DNA of 59,924 nucleotides from Candidatus Omnitrophota bacterium (GTDB taxonomy: Bacteria > Omnitrophota > Gorgyraeia > JACQQV01): assembly GCA_016206785.1 (NCBI GenBank), contig JACQQV010000005.1, positions 1 to 59,924 of the forward strand, read 5' to 3'. The notes under the pieces are model-generated. The model ran no database searches, was not told the DNA's origin, and saw nothing but the letters and a program-made list of their open reading frames with translations. Below are positions 33,648-46,078 of the stretch, one piece after another. Every line of letters begins with the position of its first letter. Within the stretch, counting starts at the first letter, position 1. Position numbers and translations under genes: made by a program.

Positions 33648-34757
33648 TTAAAAATCCAGACAAACAGCCGCAGCCTCAGCTAGCGCATCCGCATCATTAT
33701 CTGCTCTTGCGCAAACTCTCCAATTACGAACGTTAGATATCACAGTCTGCTCGACCCAACAATAACCTGAATCATTATCGATATGATACATCCTGCAGTA
33801 ACTAAGAGCGCAAAAATCATGTGGTTGGTAACCGGTGCAGATCACGTTATGAGTAATAGGGACGCCCATGCCTGATATGGTAGAGTTTAACCGAGGAATT
33901 CCCACATTTCCAAAACCATCCATGCGTATCCCTCCCGCAGGCACACTATTAATCCATGGAGCGATGACGAAATTAGAAGTGTTACTATTTCCATCTGTCT
34001 GGTTGCTGTAAATGATCCCCATATCTCCCGCTTGAGTTATTTGGTTCCATTGTAAATTAGCTGTTAAGCCAGAAACAAATCCCATCCAATTCACCCCCGG
34101 GGCCGGATTTCCATTTGTCATATACATGGTAGGGGCTGCTCCATTACTCGCCATCACATGAAACTTAGCGGTTGGGTTAGCAGTCCCAACTCCGACATTG
34201 CCGGTATTATTAACAACAAAATCATCCGCACCGACCGCAGACATACCAATACTGAAGAACCCCTGATCATCAACTCGGCTTAAACGTAAAGTGTTACCGA
34301 TAATTGGCCCGTCAGTCGTGTAAAATTTGTATGCTCGTGTACCTCCTGTTGAACCTTGAAGACGAAGCAAATCTGAAGAACCAAGAATGTCCAACTTCGC
34401 CCCCGGACTCGGCGTCCCGATACCGACATTCCAGGTGGCATCATTCGGATAGAGGTTAGGCGCGCTCAGCGTCCAGTGATTACTCCCCCCTGCCGCACCT
34501 CCCACAATGTCCCAGGTGAAGGTTGCTCCATTACAGAGAAGGAGCTGATTGGTTCCGCTATCATAGTACGTGAGACCGCTGCGGGTGGCATCACAAATGC
34601 CCGGGCTTGTTGTGGGAACGAATCTCACATTCTGATACTCCCCGAAAGGAGCGGGATAATAGGTCGTTAAGGTAATCTGTTCCTGGGCAATGGCAACAAG
34701 GCTACAGGTGAGAAGCAAAAGGAGAAGAAGGAAAAAGATTCTTTTATCGGAGTTCAT
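33648..34757 (-). CDS. Secreted fibre/adhesin-like protein A (TYYPAP N-terminus, GNVGIG repeats, Cys-rich tip)
   Basis: Signal peptide, EQITLTTYYPAPFGEY, three NVG(I/V) repeats, C-terminal Cys-rich domain; RBS AAGGGAGG. Confidence 0.8.
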   Translation of the reverse strand: MNSDKRIFFLLLLLLLTCSLVAIAQEQITLTTYYPAPFGEYQNVRFVPTTSPGICDATRSGLTYYDSGTNQLLLCNGATFTWDIVGGAAGGSNHWTLSAPNLYPNDATWNVGIGTPSPGAKLDILGSSDLLRLQGSTGGTRAYKFYTTDGPIIGNTLRLSRVDDQGFFSIGMSAVGADDFVVNNTGNVGVGTANPTAKFHVMASNGAAPTMYMTNGNPAPGVNWMGFVSGLTANLQWNQITQAGDMGIIYSNQTDGNSNTSNFVIAPWINSVPAGGIRMDGFGNVGIPRLNSTISGMGVPITHNVICTGYQPHDFCALSYCRMYHIDNDSGYCWVEQTVISNVRNWRVCARADNDADALAEAAAVCLDF

Positions 34758-34773
34758 GGCGTGCGCCTCCCTT
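34627..34773. repeat. 147-bp direct repeat, copy 1 (RBS plus 5' end of gene A)
   Basis: Identical to 35805-35951 except 34695 A versus 35873 G. Confidence 0.95.
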
Positions 34774-34810
34774 CAATGAGACAATGACTTTAAGTTTTTA
34801 TACTATTGAT

Positions 34811-35935
34811 TTAGAGACAGATACAATGCTCGCCTGATCCCCACATAGACAAACAACCGCCGATATTAAAATTGCCGCTGGCATCTTCGGAAAAAAGACA
34901 TCCTCTACCGATCTGTGCACAGCGAGTTGCACAAGGCGTACCGTTAGGGGACCAAACATATACTAAAGCATTTCCATAGTCTGTGTTCGCGGCATTGTAA
35001 AATCGAATATTCCACCCTCGATACGCTCCGCTACCCATCATTCCAATATCACCGCCTTGTACCATAATAGAAAGAGGATCAGAAGGTACAGGGGGGTTGC
35101 TAAAACCACTTTGTTGCGCAAATAGCATAGGAGTGGTTAAAGCGCCTCCAATAGTGAGCCTCGCAGACGGTTTTATTCCCCCTATACCAATACCCACATA
35201 TCCATCCCCATAGACCACAAATTGATCGATGCCGGCGTTGTTCACGGCAAGGGCCTTGGTGTTCGCTCTATTCGCAGTACTTAAGATACCGTAATTCCAG
35301 TCGGTGGCATAAGGAGCATTCACGTTAAGTTTCACATTGCCGGGGGAAGAAGTTCCGATCCCGACATTGCCGTTTACACCGGATATTGTTGGACCAGATG
35401 ATCCTAGCTTGATATGCCCTTGAGTAGCATCTGGGATCCCGTAAAGACCCATTGTGTTGGCTATATCAATATCCACCAACTTTGTATCGTTACCGACAAT
35501 TAAAGCATCCCCAGAGAAAGTATCGGATTTAACCAGCGCTGTACCAGCAACATTAAGTTTGTATACAGGATCCGTCGTTCCAATCCCCACATTCGAGCTT
35601 AAAGTTGTGGGATAGAGGTTACTTCCCGACAGTGTCCAGAGACTACTCCCGCCCCCTCCACCCCCCCCTCCCAAAACAGCCCAGGTGCTACTTCCCCCGT
35701 TACAATAAAGGATTTCGTTGGTGGTAGAGTTGTAGAACATAAGACCCGTTTGGGTCGCCGTACAAGACGTTCCTGAGGTTGCTCCTGTGGTTGGGACAAG
35801 TCTTACATTCTGATACTCCCCGAAAGGAGCGGGATAATAGGTCGTTAAGGTAATCTGTTCCTGGGCAATGGCGACAAGGCTACAGGTGAGAAGCAAAAGG
35901 AGAAGAAGGAAAAAGATTCTTTTATCGGAGTTCAT
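34811..35935 (-). CDS. Secreted fibre/adhesin-like protein B, paralogue of A
   Basis: Same first 45 aa as A; NVGIGT repeats; a different Cys-rich tip. Confidence 0.8.
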   Translation of the reverse strand: MNSDKRIFFLLLLLLLTCSLVAIAQEQITLTTYYPAPFGEYQNVRLVPTTGATSGTSCTATQTGLMFYNSTTNEILYCNGGSSTWAVLGGGGGGGGSSLWTLSGSNLYPTTLSSNVGIGTTDPVYKLNVAGTALVKSDTFSGDALIVGNDTKLVDIDIANTMGLYGIPDATQGHIKLGSSGPTISGVNGNVGIGTSSPGNVKLNVNAPYATDWNYGILSTANRANTKALAVNNAGIDQFVVYGDGYVGIGIGGIKPSARLTIGGALTTPMLFAQQSGFSNPPVPSDPLSIMVQGGDIGMMGSGAYRGWNIRFYNAANTDYGNALVYVWSPNGTPCATRCAQIGRGCLFSEDASGNFNIGGCLSMWGSGEHCICL

Positions 35936-35951
35936 GGCGTGCGCCTCCCTT
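35805..35951. repeat. 147-bp direct repeat, copy 2
   Basis: Offset 1178 bp from copy 1, with one mismatch. Confidence 0.95.
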
Positions 35952-36007
35952 TTTTATGGCTTCATTGACAAGTATACCATATGGAAAACGGGGGGACGTT
36001 TAAAAAC

Positions 36008-36056
36008 AAAAAGGTTGTGCAAAGGGTGAATTGGCACTTTGCACAACCGTTTTTTT
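36008..36056. terminator. Bidirectional terminator-like hairpin after kdsC
   Basis: GGTTGTGCAAAG (36013-24) / CTTTGCACAACC (36037-48), flanked by A and T runs. Confidence 0.75.
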
Positions 36057-36588
36057 ACCGGTGATTGGTGTACTCGGCGACGAGGGCGTCGTACTTCTCC
36101 TGACTCTTCAAAATGAGATCTACCACCTCCCGGACCGCCCCCCGCCCCCCTTTGCGCTGGGTGACATAGCCGCTTCGCGTACGCACCTCCTCGACGGCGT
36201 TCGGGACACTGACCGGGAGCCCTGCCTCCACAAGGATCGGGAGATCCAAAAGGTCATCCCCGATAAAGCAGACCTCCTCGTCGGTCACACGAAACTTTCG
36301 CTTCACCTTTTGGTAGACTTTCCATTTGTCCAATGCATTTTGGTAGACCTTGGACACATGGCTGTCGCGCGCCCGTCGCTGGACGACCGGTGATTTTTTG
36401 GCGGTGATGATGACCGTCTTGATACCGGCCTTTGAAAGAAGATAGATCCCGAAACCATCTTGAACGTCAAAACATTTGAGTTCATCCCCTGCATCGCCGT
36501 AGATGATCCGTCCGTCGGTTAAGACCCCGTCGACATCGAGGATGAGTAGCTTCACCTTTTGGGCGCGTTCTCTGATAGCTGAGTCCAT
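36055..36588 (-). CDS. kdsC: KDO 8-phosphate phosphatase
   Basis: DVDGVLTDG, FDVQDG, IGDDLLD, GGRGAVRE. Confidence 0.96.
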   Translation of the reverse strand: MDSAIRERAQKVKLLILDVDGVLTDGRIIYGDAGDELKCFDVQDGFGIYLLSKAGIKTVIITAKKSPVVQRRARDSHVSKVYQNALDKWKVYQKVKRKFRVTDEEVCFIGDDLLDLPILVEAGLPVSVPNAVEEVRTRSGYVTQRKGGRGAVREVVDLILKSQEKYDALVAEYTNHR

Positions 36589-36596
36589 TATGGGAT

Positions 36597-36671
36597 TTCG
36601 TATCTCGTATCTCGTGAAGTGTATCTCGTATTTTGTTCGACGAACGACGCTTCACGCTTCACGAACGACGA
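36597..36671. repeat. 7-bp-periodic palindrome (CGT/ACG type), copy 2
   Basis: Units start at 36598,605,612,619,626; ACG at 36640,47,54,61,68; homologous to the reverse complement of 16231-16289. Confidence 0.88.
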
Positions 36672-36672
36672 T

Positions 36673-37998
36673 TTAACTTTCTCGGGTGACACGGAGCACC
36701 TCCTCGATGGTCGTAACACCGGCCCTCGCCTTGTCCAAACCGTCATCCCGAAGGGTGCGCATCCCTCCTCGTAGCGCGGCCGCATTGATCGCGTCCGTCG
36801 CACTCTTGGCAACAATGAGATTCCGGATCTCATCGTTCATTTCCATCAGTTCAAAGATCCCGATCCGGCCCCGGTAGCCGATCTGACGACAGGTCGCACA
36901 CCCTTTCCCCCGGTAAAAAGGAGCACTTTGTGGAACCTCTTTTTTACTTTCCACTTCTTTCTCTGGCTCCATGATATAGAATTCTCCTTTCCGTTCCGGG
37001 CTCCATTTCCCCCGTTTCTCCGAAGGCGTGGGCGGGGCAAATTCCTGAAGGACCGCCTCGGGAGGGGCGTAGTCTATTTTACAACCGTTGCAAATCTTTC
37101 GAACGAGCCGTTGGGCCAAGACGCCGATGAGCGATGAAGAAATAAGGAAAGGTTCGATGCCCATATCGACGAGGCGGGTCACCGCCCCTGCGGCATCATT
37201 GGTATGAAGGGTGCTAAAAACAAGATGACCGGTGAGAGAAGCGCGGATGGCGATCTCCGCCGTTTCAAGATCACGAATTTCCCCGACGAGAATAATGTTG
37301 GGATCCTGCCGCAGGACGGAGCGAAGGCCATTGGCAAAGGTGAGTCCTACTTTTGGGTTGACCTGCCCTTGATTCACCCCTTTCAACTGATATTCCACCG
37401 GATCCTCCAGGGTAATGATATTCAGTTGCGGAGAATTAAGAATGGAGAGGACCGCATAAAGGGTGGAGGTCTTGCCACTATTCGTAGGACCTGTCACAAA
37501 GATCATCCCATTCGGCCGTTTGATGAGTGTCTCAAATTTCGATTGAACAGCCTCCGAAAGGCCCAGTTCGTTCAGGGTCCGGAAGGTGACCTCCTTATCC
37601 AGGATGCGGACGGCAATCTTTTCCCCCAAGATCGTCGGGAAAGTAGAAACACGGACATCCACATCCCGCGTCCCGGCCCGGAGACCGAACCGCCCATCCT
37701 GAGGGGTGTGGGTCCTGCCGACATCTGGATCAAGTTCTGCCATCACCTTGATGCGGGGAATAATCGGAAGGGCGTCCCTTCGAAGGGTGAGCATGTCATA
37801 GAGAATGCCGTCGATCCGATAACGGACACGGAGGGAGTCTTTGGTCGGTTCGATATGGACGTCGCTTGCCCTTTCCTCGATCGCCTGCGCCAGGATCAAA
37901 TCGACCACCTGAATCACAAGAGGATTGTCCAGACTGGCCCCCTTGGCACCACTCGTAAAAACGAGTTCATCGTATTTCTCTTTAAGTGTCTTGATCAT
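36673..37998 (-). CDS. GspE/PilB-family secretion ATPase lacking the long N-terminal domain
   Basis: ASDVHIEP, PQDGR, GPTNSGKT, LEDPVE, LRQDP..VGEIRD, TGHLVFSTLHTND, CxxC...CxxC. Confidence 0.93.
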   Translation of the reverse strand: MIKTLKEKYDELVFTSGAKGASLDNPLVIQVVDLILAQAIEERASDVHIEPTKDSLRVRYRIDGILYDMLTLRRDALPIIPRIKVMAELDPDVGRTHTPQDGRFGLRAGTRDVDVRVSTFPTILGEKIAVRILDKEVTFRTLNELGLSEAVQSKFETLIKRPNGMIFVTGPTNSGKTSTLYAVLSILNSPQLNIITLEDPVEYQLKGVNQGQVNPKVGLTFANGLRSVLRQDPNIILVGEIRDLETAEIAIRASLTGHLVFSTLHTNDAAGAVTRLVDMGIEPFLISSSLIGVLAQRLVRKICNGCKIDYAPPEAVLQEFAPPTPSEKRGKWSPERKGEFYIMEPEKEVESKKEVPQSAPFYRGKGCATCRQIGYRGRIGIFELMEMNDEIRNLIVAKSATDAINAAALRGGMRTLRDDGLDKARAGVTTIEEVLRVTRES

Positions 37999-38974
37999 GT
38001 GAGATCTCTAAAAGAAGGAGACACAAGACCGACCCGCAAAAGGTCCTGAACATCGAGAAGTCCGATGGGACGGTGTGAAGCATCGACAACCGGCATCTCG
38101 TCGATCCGTTTCTCCTCGAGGATCCGGAGCGCCTCGGTGGCGAGCCGCTCAGGGGAAATGGTGACCGGATGACGCGTCATGACCGACCGGATAGGCACCT
38201 TGGAGAGATCCGCTTCCTTTTCCAGGTGGCGTCGTAAGTCTCCGTCGGTAAAGATACCGACAAGCCTTCCCTTTGGGTTCACGATCGAGGCACTCCCTGC
38301 CCGCGCGCGGGTAATGGCAAAAAGGGCCTCACGGACCGTCGCAGATTCCTTAACGATCGGATTGGCCCGACCGGTCCGCATCAAATCCTTGACCTTCAAA
38401 AGCTGTTTGGCAAGATTTCCTCCCGGATGATAAAAAGCGAAATCATCCGCTTTGAAACGCCGTCTCTCCTGAAGTTCCACGGCGAGGGCATCTCCCATCG
38501 CCAGCATCGCCGTCGTCGACGCCGTGGGGGCAAGTCCGAGGGGGCAGGCCTCCCGTCGGATCGTGACATCTAAGACATAGTCACTATTTTTCGCAAGGGT
38601 TGAACGCACACTTCCCGTAATGGCAATGAGTTTCGCTCCAATTTTTTTGATGAGCGGAAGGAGCCTCACAAGTTCCTCTGTCTCTCCACTATTGGAGAGG
38701 GCGACGACCACGTCTGATTTGGTCACGCGGCCAAGATCTCCATGAAGGGCCTCCGCGGGATGAAGCCAGAGACTCGGACTCCCTGTTGAGGAAAGGGTCG
38801 CGGAAAGTTTCTGGCCGATAATCCCCGGTTTGCCCATGCCGGTCACGACAATCCTCCCTTTGACCGAAAGGAGTGCCTTGACCGCCTCTTCAAAAGAATG
38901 ATTGAGTCGCGGAATGAGAGAGCGGACCGCATCCGCTTCAATCTTCAACACCTCTTTGGCCCGACGTAGAGACA

Positions 38975-38975
<1 letters not shown>
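37995..38975 (-). CDS. kdsD: Arabinose 5-phosphate isomerase (SIS plus CBS)
   Basis: TGMGK, EALHGDLG, SNSGETEE, APTASTTA, HPGG. Confidence 0.95.
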
Positions 38976-42205
<3,230 letters not shown>

Positions 42206-42218
<13 letters not shown>

Positions 42219-43207
42219 CGGAGCTCTTCGATCCTCTGCAGAAGTTCGGAGGGGGTCACCACCGCGATCCCTACCTTTCCGACCACAATGCCGGCCGCCA
42301 CATTGGAAAGGACCGCTGCATCGATCAGCGAAGAGCCAGCGGCAAGTGCGGCGGTAAAGGTTCCAATGACGGTGTCCCCCGCCCCGGAAACATCGAAAAC
42401 CTCCTGGGCCACCGTCGGAATATGGGTGATCTTCCCGTTCTTCTCAAAGAGGACCATCCCCTCTTCACCCAGAGTGATGAGTACCGCCTGACACTTCAAT
42501 CGTCTTAAGAGGTCCCCCCCTACCTTCTTAAGTGGAATACGGTCGGTATTTCTCTCTCCGATCATCTCATACGCCTCTTTCCGGTTCGGGGTGAGAACCG
42601 TAACGCCGCGATAATGCTCAAAATGTTCTTCTTTCGGATCCACCGCCACAATTAAGGAACGTTTTTTGGCCCAGTTGATCACTTCCTGGATTAAATGGGG
42701 CGTCACAACCCCTTTTCCATAGTCTTCAAGGAGGATGGCATCCACGCCCTTCAGGGCGCCTCGTACGCCGGAGAGAAGGCGACGCAACAGACGATGAGAA
42801 AGGGGGTCCTGATTTTCCCGATCGATCCGGACCAGTTGCTGATGATGGGCCACAACACGTGTTTTGAGGGTGGTGGGGCGAGCTGGATCGGTGATCACAT
42901 GCGTGAGCCCGATCCGCCGTCTCTTAAGAAGTGTTTTAAGGCGCCTTGAGGCTTCGTCTTTCCCCACGACACCACAGAGGGAAACCTGACCGCCCAAGGC
43001 GGCGATGTTATTGGCCACGTTCGAAGCCCCTCCCGGCATATAGGAATGGCGTTTCTCCCAAACCACCGGCACCGGGGCTTCCGGCGAAATCCTTGAAACA
43101 TCCCCCCAGATAAACTCATCCAACATGAGATCCCCTATCACAAGGAGGTGGGCACGCTTAAACTGTTGGATGAGATTCCTGTAAAAGGCGATCGGTTTGG
43201 CGTTCAC
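42206..43207 (-). CDS. rfaE1: D-glycero-beta-D-manno-heptose-7-phosphate kinase (stand-alone HldE kinase domain)
   Basis: RISPEAPVPV, DYGKG, TPN, DVSGAGDT. Confidence 0.94.
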
Positions 43208-43260
43208 TACGATGGGATTTTCACTCTACGGCTTTATTCTAATAGGGATGGGGGAAAAAT

Positions 43261-44076
43261 TCAAGATTCTTTTTTGAGCACCACTTCGATGATGCCGAAA
43301 GGGACCCTTGCCTTCATATAAAGAGGGGTTCTTTTTTGATCGAGGCTGAACCAGATCCACATCCTCCCTTTTCGAATAAAAACGCCGTGGAATTGGGCAA
43401 GGGGTTCTACCAGAAGCGCGGGGACCTCTTTTTTGCCGAAGAGTTTCAGGAGCCCCGCTTTGAGTACCTTCACTTCCAGACGCCAGTTCTTTTCATCTGC
43501 ATTCACGTCGATGAAAACGGATTGGCCGGTCTCAAGGGGGAGGGTGCGGAAATAGAAGAGGGTGCTTAAGGAATCCTGAACGCTGGGAGGAATTTCCATC
43601 TCTTTGGTGCTGTTGTTTAAGAAAGAACGGTAAGTCGCCTTGCGGCTGGTTGGGTCATAGACCATCTCCTCATGGGCACGGTAGCGGCCTTCACGCTGGC
43701 GTTTCTCAAACCGATAAGGAGTAAGGGTCTCTACATCGACGTAACTATGGATTTCGTCTTCAACAGGATAAAAGGTGGAGAGAAACCGGTTCGAGCGGGC
43801 AGAGACGACGAGGTGATAGACCTGATGGTCTTGGTAAGTGGTGACCTCTCTCACCTCCAGCCGCCCGCTTCCGACATTAAGACCCATCCAATTGACATCG
43901 TAATCCAAGGTTTCCCCCACACGGAACTTTTTTTCTGGGACTTGCATCTCTTGGGTCAAGGCTTTTGTCTGCCGGAGTTTCCCCAAATCCTCCCTGTGGG
44001 TAAAATAGGTGAGATTCGAGCATCCTGAAAAAGTAAAAATTAAAAAGGAAAAAGTAAAAAGTTTAACGGAGGTCAT
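43261..44076 (-). CDS. DUF3108-like lipoprotein
   Basis: Lipobox FSGC; GETLDYDVNWMG, QDSLS, WIWFSLD..TP. Confidence 0.75.
   Translation of the reverse strand: MTSVKLFTFSFLIFTFSGCSNLTYFTHREDLGKLRQTKALTQEMQVPEKKFRVGETLDYDVNWMGLNVGSGRLEVREVTTYQDHQVYHLVVSARSNRFLSTFYPVEDEIHSYVDVETLTPYRFEKRQREGRYRAHEEMVYDPTSRKATYRSFLNNSTKEMEIPPSVQDSLSTLFYFRTLPLETGQSVFIDVNADEKNWRLEVKVLKAGLLKLFGKKEVPALLVEPLAQFHGVFIRKGRMWIWFSLDQKRTPLYMKARVPFGIIEVVLKKES
44027..44061. repeat. Five-unit 7-bp tandem array inside the signal peptide
   Basis: GAAAAAG TAAAAAT TAAAAAG GAAAAAG TAAAAAG. Confidence 0.75.
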
Positions 44077-45101
44077 CTTTTTTTCTCGAGAATCTTTCGG
44101 GCAGCGTCAAGGACCTCCTCCACCGTGAGGGCTCGTAAACATTCGAAATTGATTTGGCAGTCATCGGCAAGACAGACCGGACATCCCACATCCTTTTGAA
44201 GGACGACATTTCTTTCCCCTAAGGGTCTCCATCTTTTCTGGGAAAGACCGGGTTGGCTCCTTCCGAAAATGGAGATGACCGGTATCCCTACCCCTACCCC
44301 GATATGGACCGGCCCACTGTCATTGGAGATGAGGAGTTCTGTTTTTTTCAAAAGAGAGGCAAGTTCTCGTACCGTTGTTCTCCCGCACGCATCGATGGGA
44401 GAGCGCTTCATCGCCTGAATGACCGCCTGGCCTGTTGCAACATCCGCAGGTCCCGATACGATAACGACCTTGTAGTTCCACTCTTGCAGGACATCCGCCA
44501 CTTTTGCGAAGCGGTCGCTCATCCACCGTTTTGAAAGAGAACTCGCCCCCGGATGGATGGCCACGAGGCGGTCTTCTGCCGTGACCCCTTTTTCTTTTAA
44601 GAAGCGGTCGATCCGGAGTTCCGACTCGAAGGTGGTCGGCATGTAGACGCGACCTTCTTTGAGATCGATCCCTAAGGCACGCACCACCTCAAGGGTATAT
44701 GCCGCCTCGTGTTTCTCCCCTCGAACCTTGACATCTTTGAGACGCCTTGTCAAGAGAAATCCCCACTTCCGGTTATAACCGACCCGCTCGGGGATACCGG
44801 CAAGGGCGAGTGCAAGGTGAACCCGGCACGTTCCATGAAGGACGACCGCTGCGTCGAACCGATAGGCTTTCAATTCCCGCACCAACCGGGTCATTCCCAA
44901 AAGACCTTTGTGTCTTCCCTTCTTCTCGAATATAAAAATTCGGTTAAGATAAGGATTGAGATCGACGATCTCGCGGGCGTGGGGGGCGACGAGGGCAACA
45001 AGATACGCATCGGGAAGCGCTTTCCGGAGCGCCTCAATCGCCGGCGTGGAAAGTAGAACGTCGCCGAGGCGGTCTGGACGAACCAGAAGGATCCGTTTCA
45101 T
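44073..45101 (-). CDS. GT9 heptosyltransferase-like
   Basis: RLGDVLLSTP, HPGAS...KRW, SNDSGPVH. Start reassigned to ATG 45101. Confidence 0.9.
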   Translation of the reverse strand: MKRILLVRPDRLGDVLLSTPAIEALRKALPDAYLVALVAPHAREIVDLNPYLNRIFIFEKKGRHKGLLGMTRLVRELKAYRFDAAVVLHGTCRVHLALALAGIPERVGYNRKWGFLLTRRLKDVKVRGEKHEAAYTLEVVRALGIDLKEGRVYMPTTFESELRIDRFLKEKGVTAEDRLVAIHPGASSLSKRWMSDRFAKVADVLQEWNYKVVIVSGPADVATGQAVIQAMKRSPIDACGRTTVRELASLLKKTELLISNDSGPVHIGVGVGIPVISIFGRSQPGLSQKRWRPLGERNVVLQKDVGCPVCLADDCQINFECLRALTVEEVLDAARKILEKKR

Positions 45102-45103
45102 GA

Positions 45104-46078
45104 CTAAAGGAGTTTGCAGCACGCTTGATAGACCTCTTCCGCTTCCAGTTCTTCCATACATTCATGATGATAAGGACATTGCGCCTTTTCGCACGGCGAA
45201 CAGAAAAGTTCTTTCCGGACGACCTCGCTCCGGGGTGAGCGCGGACCGTATTTTTTCGGATCGGTCGGTCCAAAAATAGCAACGGTCGGCGTTCCAAGAA
45301 GAGTTGCCACGTGGAGAGGGGCGCTATCGTTCGTGATCAGAAGCTTCGCCTCCCGAATCAAGACGGCAAGGTCCAGAAGAGAGGTTTGACCGACAAGAGA
45401 ATGGACGGGTCCTTGGAGAGAAGCGGTAATGGTTTCAACCGCGGCCCTATCCTGTGGATCCCCCACAAAAAGGAGAGGCATCCTCTTTTCTCGCAGAAGA
45501 CGGTCAGAGAGTTCCCTAAACCCCGCCGTTCTCCATCGTTTGAGGTCACTCTTCGAACCGGGGCTTACAACAATGAAGGGATCTTCGAGGCGGACTCCTA
45601 AGGGGCTCAGCTTATTTCTCATCTGATCTTCCACTCCTGACGGAATCCAGAGATTTTCCTTTCGCCAACCGTCCGTCGGAATCCCTAATGCGTTCAGCTT
45701 CCAGAGATGGCGGTCGATCTTGTGGCGGAGTTCCGAAGGGGCCTGGGTGAAAAGGCGTGTATGGTGAGGGGCACCGATGAAGAGAGGAAAAAGGGAATTC
45801 CTAAGGTCCACAACAAGATCAAACCTTTTTTTCCGGAGAGACCGGATAAGATCCCATTTCTCCCGCAAAGAAGCCTCTTTGTCATAGAGGATCACTTCTC
45901 GAAGACGGGGATCCTGTAAGAAGAGGTCGCCTCCCGCTCGACCGACGAGGAGACTCACCTCTGCCGATGGAAAGGCGCGCCGGAGAGAACCGAGTACCGG
46001 TAGGGTAAGAAGCATATCTCCGATATTCGAAAGGGAGATGATGAGAATCCGTTTTAAGTCATCCTCTTTCAATCGCAT
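45104..46078 (-). CDS. GT9 heptosyltransferase-like
   Basis: NIGDMLL, KRW, NDSAPLH, IFGPT. Confidence 0.9.
   Translation of the reverse strand: MRLKEDDLKRILIISLSNIGDMLLTLPVLGSLRRAFPSAEVSLLVGRAGGDLFLQDPRLREVILYDKEASLREKWDLIRSLRKKRFDLVVDLRNSLFPLFIGAPHHTRLFTQAPSELRHKIDRHLWKLNALGIPTDGWRKENLWIPSGVEDQMRNKLSPLGVRLEDPFIVVSPGSKSDLKRWRTAGFRELSDRLLREKRMPLLFVGDPQDRAAVETITASLQGPVHSLVGQTSLLDLAVLIREAKLLITNDSAPLHVATLLGTPTVAIFGPTDPKKYGPRSPRSEVVRKELFCSPCEKAQCPYHHECMEELEAEEVYQACCKLL

Noticed and set aside
33648-35935. Diversity-generating retroelement targeting the adhesins
   Set aside because: There is no reverse transcriptase. The repeat is at the 5' end with a single mismatch, not a 3' TR/VR pair with adenine-specific differences.
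36588-36833. 81-aa minus-strand ORF
   Set aside because: It overlaps the ATPase 3' end out of frame and reads through the heptamer repeat.
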